IMG/VR virus record: IMGVR_UViG_3300014205_000206
Coordinates: 1 to 64,000 of that record
Source of the DNA: a virus
Taxonomy: Duplodnaviria > Caudoviricetes
Length of the DNA stretch: 64,000 nucleotides
Reading direction: 5' to 3' (one strand)
The translations under genes were made by a program, and so were the position numbers. The stretch's first letter is position 1. Every line of letters starts with the position of its first letter. A model generated the notes under the pieces. The model worked only from the letters and a program-made list of their open reading frames with translations, was not told the origin of the DNA and did not search any database. This document shows positions 8,277-14,166 of this stretch, piece after piece.

Positions 8277-8353
8277 TCAGGTATAGCTCAACTGGTCAGA
8301 GCGCGCGGCTGATAACCGTGAGATTGGTGGTTCAAATCCATCTACCTGAACCA
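8277..8353 (+). tRNA. tRNA-Ile(GAU)
   Basis: Loop CTGATAA; CCA. Confidence 0.92.
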
Positions 8354-8359
8354 AACTTC

Positions 8360-8435
8360 GGAAATGTAGCTCAGTCGGTAGAGCTCTCGCCTCTTAAGCG
8401 ATAGGTCGGTGGTTCGAACCCACCCATTTCCACCA
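8360..8435 (+). tRNA. tRNA-Lys(CUU)
   Basis: Loop CTCTTAA; CCA. Confidence 0.92.
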
Positions 8436-8441
8436 AACTTC

Positions 8442-8514
8442 GGGCGATACGCTAAGAGAGCGAGATTCCTTTGCAAGGAATTTGCAGCCGGTTTGATTCC
8501 GGCATCGTCCACCA
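8442..8514 (+). tRNA. tRNA-Ala(UGC), reduced D-arm
   Basis: G3:U70 and A73 (Ala identity); ATTCC-TTTGCAA-GGAAT; T-loop TTTGATT; CCA. Confidence 0.75.
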
Positions 8515-8576
8515 TCATTTCGTCCCGGTTGATGTGAAACCGGAGGGCTCAATCAAGGTTGAGCCGCTTTGCATTC

Positions 8577-8651
8577 GTGGAGTTAACTCAGCGGTAGAGT
8601 GTCTGCCCTACAAGCAGGTCGTCGGCGGTTCGATCCCGTCACTCCACACCA
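8577..8651 (+). tRNA. tRNA-Val(UAC)
   Basis: Loop CCTACAA; CCA. Confidence 0.92.
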
Positions 8652-8656
8652 ACTAT

Positions 8657-8733
8657 GGGTCCGTAGCTCAGTCTGGTAGAGCACTTGCTTGTCAAGCAAG
8701 CCGTCGTGGGTTCAAATCCCATCGGTCCCGCCA
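8657..8733 (+). tRNA. tRNA-Asp(GUC)
   Basis: CTTGC-TTGTCAA-GCAAG; G73; CCA. Confidence 0.92.
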
Positions 8734-8739
8734 AACTTT

Positions 8740-8814
8740 TCAGGTGTAGCTCAATGGCAGAGCTGCGGACTTTTAATCCGCTGGTTGGGGGTTCAAGTCC
8801 CTCCGCCTGAACCA
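8740..8814 (+). tRNA. tRNA-Lys(UUU)
   Basis: GCGGA-CTTTTAA-TCCGC; CCA. Confidence 0.92.
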
Positions 8815-8820
8815 AACTTT

Positions 8821-8895
8821 TCACGGGTAGCTCAATGGTAGAGCGCTCGACTGTTAATCGAGTGGTTGCAGGTTCAATCCCTGCCCTGTGAGCCA
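8821..8895 (+). tRNA. tRNA-Asn(GUU)
   Basis: CTCGA-CTGTTAA-TCGAG; G73; CCA. Confidence 0.92.
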
Positions 8896-8900
8896 AATCT

Positions 8901-9018
8901 GCTAGTCCCGCAATCGAGCTTCATCTGCTAGTCGGTCTTCGGCCAAGGGCGCGTTCCGGAGCGTGTCGCCTCGGCGGGATTGACGCAATAGCAGGTGCAG
9001 CTTGATGGCTGGATTAGC
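8901..9018 (+). ncRNA. unassigned rod-shaped structured RNA
   Basis: Four stacked helices capped by three short hairpins. Confidence 0.55.
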
Positions 9019-9029
9019 GTAAAACTTTT

Positions 9030-9106
9030 GTTCGCCTCGCCTAATGGACATGGCACTTGGCTACGAACCAAGACAAATGTAGGTTCGAATCCTACGGCGA
9101 ACACCA
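9030..9106 (+). tRNA. tRNA-Arg(ACG)
   Basis: CTTGG-CTACGAA-CCAAG; CCA. Confidence 0.92.
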
Positions 9107-9111
9107 AACTT

Positions 9112-9188
9112 GCCGAAATAGCTCAGATGGCCAGAGCGGCTGCCTTGTAAGCAGCGGGTCTTCGGTTCGAATCCGAATTTCGGCCCCA
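9112..9188 (+). tRNA. tRNA-Thr(UGU)
   Basis: GCTGC-CTTGTAA-GCAGC; CCA. Confidence 0.9.
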
Positions 9189-9194
9189 CACTTC

Positions 9195-9271
9195 GTTGAT
9201 GTAGCTCAACCGGACAGAGCGGCGATCTCCTAAGTCGCAGGTTGACGGTTCGATTCCGTCCATCAACTCCA
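9195..9271 (+). tRNA. tRNA-Arg(CCU)
   Basis: GCGAT-CTCCTAA-GTCGC; CCA. Confidence 0.9.
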
Positions 9272-9347
9272 TGGCGCGTAGCTCAGTGGTCAGAGCTTCG
9301 GCCTTATAAGCCGACTGTCGGTGGTTCAATTCCACCCGCGCCGACCA
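9272..9347 (+). tRNA. tRNA-Ile(UAU)
   Basis: TCGGC-CTTATAA-GCCGA; A73; CCA. Confidence 0.88.
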
Positions 9348-9353
9348 CACCTT

Positions 9354-9430
9354 GTCGCTGTAGCTCAACTGGACAGAGCGGCGGGTTTCTACCCCGTCTG
9401 TTGCGGGTTCAAGTCCTGCCAGCGACACCA
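9354..9430 (+). tRNA. tRNA-Arg(UCU)
   Basis: GCGGG-TTTCTAC-CCCGT; CCA. Confidence 0.9.
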
Positions 9431-9446
9431 ACCACAGGAGAACGAA

Positions 9447-9635
9447 ATGAAACTAGTTCACAAGCAGTTCGGAACAAGTTTTCTCAACATCGACCTGTAT
9501 CGAACTCCAAGAAACTGGGGAATCAACTTCACCGTTTTTTGGGACAAAAGGTATGGGTACCATATCTTCATACAAATGGCTTGTTTTGAGTTAGTTTATT
9601 GGTGGGCATGGGAAGACGAGCCGCACGGAAATTAG
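9447..9635 (+). CDS. small hypothetical, aromatic-rich protein (MKLVHKQF...)
   Basis: AGGAG RBS then ATG 9447; lies between the two tRNA blocks. Confidence 0.6.
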   Translation: MKLVHKQFGTSFLNIDLYRTPRNWGINFTVFWDKRYGYHIFIQMACFELVYWWAWEDEPHGN

Positions 9636-9638
9636 CTG

Positions 9639-9667
9639 TTGACAAACCGTGCATCGAAAGGTAGATT
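9639..9667 (+). promoter_or_regulatory. sigma70 promoter for the second tRNA block
   Basis: TTGACA-17 nt-TAGATT. Confidence 0.8.
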
Positions 9668-9673
9668 ACGACT

Positions 9674-9745
9674 GTGAACACGCCGCGCACCAGCCAACTG
9701 AGCCAGTGCTTGCTCTCGTCATCCTATAGGGGTGACTCGCGCTAG
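9674..9745 (+). CDS. putative attenuator leader peptide MNTPRTSQLSQCLLSSSYRGDSR
   Basis: GTG at the predicted TSS (leaderless); 12-codon run limited to Gln/Leu/Ser/Cys/Tyr; overlaps alternative hairpins. Confidence 0.7.
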   Translation: MNTPRTSQLSQCLLSSSYRGDSR

Positions 9746-9769
9746 CTCTAGCATCATCGAGCAACGACG

Positions 9770-9807
9770 AGCCCCTCCGCTAGCGATAGTCGAGGGGCTT
9801 TTGATTT
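9770..9807 (+). terminator. intrinsic terminator of the attenuator (3:4 helix)
   Basis: AGCCCCTC...GAGGGGCT followed by TTTGATTT. Confidence 0.8.
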
Positions 9808-9809
9808 AC

Positions 9810-9897
9810 TGGGGATTGGCAGAGGGGCCAATTGCACTCGACTCTGAATCGAGATCGGGCAACCGATACGAAGGTTCGAATCCTTCATCCCCGGCCA
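9810..9897 (+). tRNA. tRNA-Gln(CUG) with long variable arm
   Basis: CTCGA-CTCTGAA-TCGAG; variable arm ATCGG-GCAA-CCGAT; G73; CCA. Confidence 0.85.
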
Positions 9898-9989
9898 TTT
9901 GATTACTGGTGGCTCCCTTAATGGTCAAGGCCGACCTTGAGCATCAGTAGCGCCAGATACAGGGGGCGAATTGGCGCTGTAGGTTTTGT

Positions 9990-10077
9990 TGGGAGTTGGC
10001 AGAGCGGTCGATTGCGGGGGACTTTGAATCCCCACCGGGCAACCGGCGCGAAGGTTCGAATCCTTCACTCCCGGCCA
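9990..10077 (+). tRNA. tRNA-Gln(UUG) with long variable arm
   Basis: GGGGA-CTTTGAA-TCCCC; variable arm CCGG-GCAA-CCGG; G73; CCA. Confidence 0.85.
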
Positions 10078-10093
10078 TCTATCAGGAGACGCG

Positions 10094-10474
10094 ATGGGAC
10101 ACAATGCTGAATCAAGGAAAAGAGCGGAGGAGAAGCGACGAGCGTTACGGGACGAATGGATCGCGAACTCCGGCGGGTGCCGCGTGTGTGGGACGTACAA
10201 TAAAATCCACCTACACCACAAAGATCCCAATCAAAAAGTCAGTCACAGCATATGGACTTGGGGTAAAGAAAAAAGGGAAGCAGAGATAGCAAAGTGCATA
10301 CCGATGTGCGAAGAACATCATCACGGTCTCCATCGACCGAGAAAAGCGCACGGTACAAGTTGGAGCTATCAACTTGGATGCAGGTGCGAAGAATGCAGAC
10401 GAGCGGTAAATGAAGTTCAGCGTAGATACAGAACGAAGAAATGGGGAACAACTTCCTCTAAACCAAGAAAGTGA
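10094..10474 (+). CDS. HNH endonuclease-like zinc-binding protein
   Basis: CRVC...HLHHKDP...KCIPMCEEHH plus C-terminal HGT...GCRCEEC. Confidence 0.8.
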   Translation: MGHNAESRKRAEEKRRALRDEWIANSGGCRVCGTYNKIHLHHKDPNQKVSHSIWTWGKEKREAEIAKCIPMCEEHHHGLHRPRKAHGTSWSYQLGCRCEECRRAVNEVQRRYRTKKWGTTSSKPRK

Positions 10475-10479
10475 GTTTC

Positions 10480-10565
10480 GACGGATTGGCAGAGAGGCCG
10501 ATTGCATCTGACTGTAGATCAGATCCGTAAAAAGCGCGGTGGTTCGAATCCATCATCCGTCACCA
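10480..10565 (+). tRNA. tRNA-Tyr(GUA)
   Basis: TCTGA-CTGTAGA-TCAGA; long variable loop; CCA. Confidence 0.92.
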
Positions 10566-10587
10566 TAGTTCTTTGACATGACTTAAT

Positions 10588-10662
10588 GTGCGACTGGCCG
10601 AATGGTAAGGCGTCGGATTGCAAACCCGACTTTCGAAGGTTCGATTCCTTCGTCGCACTCCA
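10588..10662 (+). tRNA. tRNA-Cys(GCA)
   Basis: Loop TTGCAAA; U73; CCA. Confidence 0.88.
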
Positions 10663-10667
10663 GATTT

Positions 10668-10756
10668 GGAAGAGTAATTCATGTGGCCATGAACCTAGTC
10701 CTGAAAACTAGTGGTCGTGAAATACCGATGGGGATCGATACCTCACTCTTCCGCCA
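10668..10756 (+). tRNA. tRNA-Ser(UGA)
   Basis: CTAGT-CCTGAAA-ACTAG; long variable arm; G73; CCA. Confidence 0.88.
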
Positions 10757-10761
10757 TATTT

Positions 10762-10839
10762 GCCCGTGTAGCCCAATTGGCAGGAGGCGACTGCCTTAGA
10801 AGCAGTACAGTGCTGGTTCGAATCCAGTCACGGGTACCA
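10762..10839 (+). tRNA. tRNA-Leu(UAG) with short variable loop
   Basis: ACTGC-CTTAGAA-GCAGT; variable region only ACAGT; A73; CCA. Confidence 0.85.
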
Positions 10840-10844
10840 TCTTC

Positions 10845-10921
10845 CCCCTCGTAGCCCAACGGCAGGAGGCGACGCACTCAAAATGCGTACAGTGCTAGTT
10901 CGAATCTAGCCGGGGGGACCA
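10845..10921 (+). tRNA. tRNA-Leu(CAA) with short variable loop
   Basis: ACGCA-CTCAAAA-TGCGT; variable region only ACAGT; A73; CCA. Confidence 0.85.
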
Positions 10922-10928
10922 ACTTTAT

Positions 10929-11019
10929 GGAAGGGCCGACATTCGGTGCGTCAAGCCGGTTGCTAACCGGTGCGGCGGCGAAAGCTGCCGTGAGTGTTCG
11001 AGTCACTCCCCTTCCGCCA
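10929..11019 (+). tRNA. tRNA-Ser(GCU)
   Basis: GCCGG-TTGCTAA-CCGGT; long variable arm; G73; CCA. Confidence 0.88.
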
Positions 11020-11024
11020 TTCAC

Positions 11025-11786
11025 CTACCAACTGACAGACAAGCCGCCGATTGCCGCGCCGTCGCCATCCATCGTGAGCATACCAATGGTACGCGCTTCG
11101 AGCGTGGCATGACTAAGCCTCCACGACTTGTAGGCCAGCCCGAAGCCAAGGCCGGGCGTGGCGTCAGTCTCAGTAGTACCGTCTAGGCTGCGATTGACCA
11201 TGCCGACGTACCCAAGCATGACGAACTTCTCCCACCTAGCTTCATTGGCAAACCAGCCGCCATCCTGCGTGATAGTGATCGGCGGCTTCCACGGATGCCA
11301 TGTCGCCTTCTGCTGAATGCGGCTACCAAACCCATCTACAAAAGCAAGCACATCGACCGATACACCCGACGCTTCGTGAGTGAACGTTGTTTCCGCCATC
11401 GGAATGATTCTAGACATATCCGCTGTGGCTATTTGCAGGTCATCTAGGGCATTTTCTGGCAACGGCGACACCTGAGGCTGGGTTTGCGATGATCGGACGC
11501 CTACGGGCGTCGTATGCTGCTTCATTCTGTACTTCGCAAGCACGGCCAGCTCTTCTTCTTTGGTTAGGTCCGGTCGAGCGAGCGGCAAGCACTCCGTAAC
11601 TGTAGGAGCGGTATTCACAGGAGACGCCGTTGGGACGCCGGTATCCATCTTAGCCGGAACCTCTTTCGGCTTCGACCACTGCTTGCATTGGCCGGCAACC
11701 CAAGACGCGACAAACAGAAACAGAATGAATCCTACCGAGTAGACGGCGATTTTCTTCCAAACCGCGAGCGGTGCAATGTTCATCAT
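11025..11786 (-). CDS. membrane-anchored protein at the end of the lysis module (spanin-like candidate)
   Basis: N-terminal TM helix; C-terminal beta-strand pattern ending in Trp. Confidence 0.55.
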   Translation of the reverse strand: MMNIAPLAVWKKIAVYSVGFILFLFVASWVAGQCKQWSKPKEVPAKMDTGVPTASPVNTAPTVTECLPLARPDLTKEEELAVLAKYRMKQHTTPVGVRSSQTQPQVSPLPENALDDLQIATADMSRIIPMAETTFTHEASGVSVDVLAFVDGFGSRIQQKATWHPWKPPITITQDGGWFANEARWEKFVMLGYVGMVNRSLDGTTETDATPGLGFGLAYKSWRLSHATLEARTIGMLTMDGDGAAIGGLSVSW

Positions 11787-12049
11787 TTCTCCTTCGGCGC
11801 AGCCGGGAGTTTGATCTCCATGCAGGAGATGATCGCTCTGCGAACGATAGTGAACGGCGTGGTGGAGTGCTCGTCGTCCATGGTATGAGCGATCAGGACA
11901 TCACGGCGCGTGAGTTTTACAACGTAACCTACAGAGCGAAGCATAACGGATGGGCTGTCAATCTTGGAGAGCTCATGCCAAGCATGACCGGCGTCCACGC
12001 CATCACGATGGTCTAGCCAGAAAATGACGTACGCTCGTCCGACTCTCAT
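11783..12049 (-). CDS. hypothetical protein
   Basis: Overlapping start/stop with both neighbours. Confidence 0.65.
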   Translation of the reverse strand: MRVGRAYVIFWLDHRDGVDAGHAWHELSKIDSPSVMLRSVGYVVKLTRRDVLIAHTMDDEHSTTPFTIVRRAIISCMEIKLPAAPKEK

Positions 12050-12930
12050 TTGGCTCGCGTTACCTCCACCTCGATTGTCTCACGCATGATCTTGTTAACG
12101 CGGTGCTGGCGCCAAATGAATCGCACCCAGAATGCGCCTTTTGGTTTAGGCGGCATACCTCGCTCAACAGCCCATCCGTTTCCTCCGCTGAACTCATCCT
12201 TGTAACCGGGGATCTTAAGGAACACCATCTCCTCTAGCTTGGTCTGCCCAAGGTGGTCCAATCGCTCGCGCATGATCGGCATTTCCCATGCGTCGTGCGT
12301 GTGGCCTGAGACGACCAGATCCGCACCACCAAGGTAAACGGCTTGACGAGCCGATTGAATAACGTCGCGAGTAACCGGTCCCCCTCCGCCGTATCCATGC
12401 GTGTAGCGCAGCACCTTACGGATGCTGTGACGACCACGCTTGAACTGGAAGCGCACCCACCCGGCATAGCTGCCGACTTCAACGTGCTGCGCTCCGTTCG
12501 CCGTCATGCGCTCACGCAGCCGCTCTGTCAAGTCGGTCTGATGGTGGCGGACGATGCTGGATTCGTGATTTCCGGGGCTCAACAAGACCCAGTTCTTCGC
12601 GTACGGAGCGTAGAACTTCGAGTTGTAGTCCACAAGGCGGTCTAGGTACTTGTTGCCATTCAACTCAGGACGCATCTGATCTTGGTCAGCCCGCTTGTCC
12701 CACTTGCCTTGCATGGCGCAAAACAAGTCACCGAAGTCGAGGATGCCAGCGCCGCGCTCCAGCGCAAGATCAAGATGGCGTTTCTCCATGGCATGATCGC
12801 AGTGTAGGTTGTCGTGGTGAGCGTCCGAACGGAATAGGAATAGTTGCTCCCATCCTTGAGACGTTGGTTCCATCGTCACGGTGACAACGGTCGGCGCCGT
12901 GCGTTCTACGGACAGCTTTGGGACACTCAC
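12046..12930 (-). CDS. calcineurin-like metallophosphoesterase
   Basis: SDAHHD, FGDLF, PGNHE, THG and SGHTH motifs. Confidence 0.88.
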   Translation of the reverse strand: MSVPKLSVERTAPTVVTVTMEPTSQGWEQLFLFRSDAHHDNLHCDHAMEKRHLDLALERGAGILDFGDLFCAMQGKWDKRADQDQMRPELNGNKYLDRLVDYNSKFYAPYAKNWVLLSPGNHESSIVRHHQTDLTERLRERMTANGAQHVEVGSYAGWVRFQFKRGRHSIRKVLRYTHGYGGGGPVTRDVIQSARQAVYLGGADLVVSGHTHDAWEMPIMRERLDHLGQTKLEEMVFLKIPGYKDEFSGGNGWAVERGMPPKPKGAFWVRFIWRQHRVNKIMRETIEVEVTRAK

Positions 12931-13226
12931 TTGACTACATCCATAGCCAATGCGAAGTAGCCAGCTCCATCTATGCAGTTGTCTTCTTTGTGCAAGTTGG
13001 CCTCTCTGGAAAGCTTAACGCATACCATGATGAGTGCGATGCAGTGCGCATCGAGTTCTGCGCCCTCCTTGAGAAGACCCTTTCTGTTCAACACGACCGT
13101 AACCAGTTTGGCGGTTGCGGAAAAGTCGGTTACTGCTTTTCCATAGGTCGCTTGCCTATCAATAGAAATAAGCTCTGCGGCAGTCTTTAGTGCTTCTTCA
13201 CCAGTCATTCCGGGCATCCGGGCCAC
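12927..13226 (-). CDS. conserved phage hypothetical protein (DUF6378-like)
   Basis: DRQATYG...KLSRE...HKEDNCIDGAGY pattern, recognised from memory. Confidence 0.65.
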   Translation of the reverse strand: MARMPGMTGEEALKTAAELISIDRQATYGKAVTDFSATAKLVTVVLNRKGLLKEGAELDAHCIALIMVCVKLSREANLHKEDNCIDGAGYFALAMDVVK

Positions 13227-13720
13227 ATCTCCTTGTATCTAGGTTCGATAATATCTAGCCATGCGCGAGTGAACTGCCCCGGCTGCGTTGCGCCGAGAAT
13301 CGAGTTATAGCATCGCTTGTGAAGTCGCTCCATTCCAGCAACGTCTCCGACTTCAGGAAGCGGATGCGGATCATCTCGATACTTCAGTCTGCACATGGCG
13401 GCTGCGAAGCGTAGGTTCCAGCACATCTCATCCGGAGACACGGTATCGTTGATGTCAGCTACAGACATTCTAAGGATCAAGTTACGTAGTTGTTCTGGAC
13501 AGCGAAGCAGAAGATCGTAGAACGTAGGCGGCTCCATCTGCCACAAACCGCGAGCGGGGCCGCTACCGTGTTGACGCAACCACACGAGGCGCGACTCCAA
13601 AGCGGCTGTCCCCATGACGATCTGCTCACCAGATACAGTGGACCACTTTTCTCCCATCTTGGCGAGCGCTGGACGAACCGCCTCTTGGAGAAGCTGCAAA
13701 GAGTCGATGCCTCGGTTCAT
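13205..13720 (-). CDS. endolysin, lysozyme/transglycosylase-like fold
   Basis: TAALES...GPARGLWQMEPPT; follows a holin-like gene; start reassigned to ATG 13720. Confidence 0.75.
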   Translation of the reverse strand: MNRGIDSLQLLQEAVRPALAKMGEKWSTVSGEQIVMGTAALESRLVWLRQHGSGPARGLWQMEPPTFYDLLLRCPEQLRNLILRMSVADINDTVSPDEMCWNLRFAAAMCRLKYRDDPHPLPEVGDVAGMERLHKRCYNSILGATQPGQFTRAWLDIIEPRYKEMWPGCPE

Positions 13721-14166
13721 TGTTGACCGCCTTGTATTGTGGCTACCGAAGCCTTGCCTGAAGTAATCGTCTGAACGGATTTGTACCCAAGCAATGGAAG
13801 AATCAAGGTTCCGATGATACCAACAATCGCACCCCATCCGTCAACAACCAAATTGAACGCTTGGCCAACATCAAGAATCGCCCACGGAACACACTCAAGA
13901 GCAACTGCAACGGTTACGATAACAATTGCGTGAGTGTTGAATGTTGGCTTTGCTCCAGCCGTACACATGCGCTGTTCTGGCGTCAATAGGCGCCATGTAG
14001 CGAGTTCTTCTCTGAACAGAATCAAGTACCACTTGAACACAACTCCGGCGCCGTAGGCGATACCAAGCGAAGTAAATGCAACCAGGATCGAAAACGTTCT
14101 TGCTAGCCAGATATCAAGGTTTTGAACTGCGATTACAGCAGACGCGGGATCTGGCATAATTGTCAT
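13717..14166 (-). CDS. holin-like membrane protein
   Basis: Three hydrophobic segments; immediately upstream of the endolysin. Confidence 0.6.
   Translation of the reverse strand: MTIMPDPASAVIAVQNLDIWLARTFSILVAFTSLGIAYGAGVVFKWYLILFREELATWRLLTPEQRMCTAGAKPTFNTHAIVIVTVAVALECVPWAILDVGQAFNLVVDGWGAIVGIIGTLILPLLGYKSVQTITSGKASVATIQGGQQ

Noticed and set aside
8442-8514. Reading this tRNA as Cys(GCA)
   Set aside because: Stem register centres UGC, and G3:U70/A73 indicate Ala; a U73 tRNA-Cys is present at 10588.
8521-8565. Twin hairpins CCGGTT/AACCGG and GGCTCAA/TTGAGCC
   Set aside because: Real stems, but too short to support an ncRNA call; possibly a processing signal or tRNA remnant.
7258-11112. 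ORF-track ORFs across the tRNA array (except 9447-9635, the leader and the HNH gene)
   Set aside because: They are shadow frames over tRNA genes and lack RBSs.
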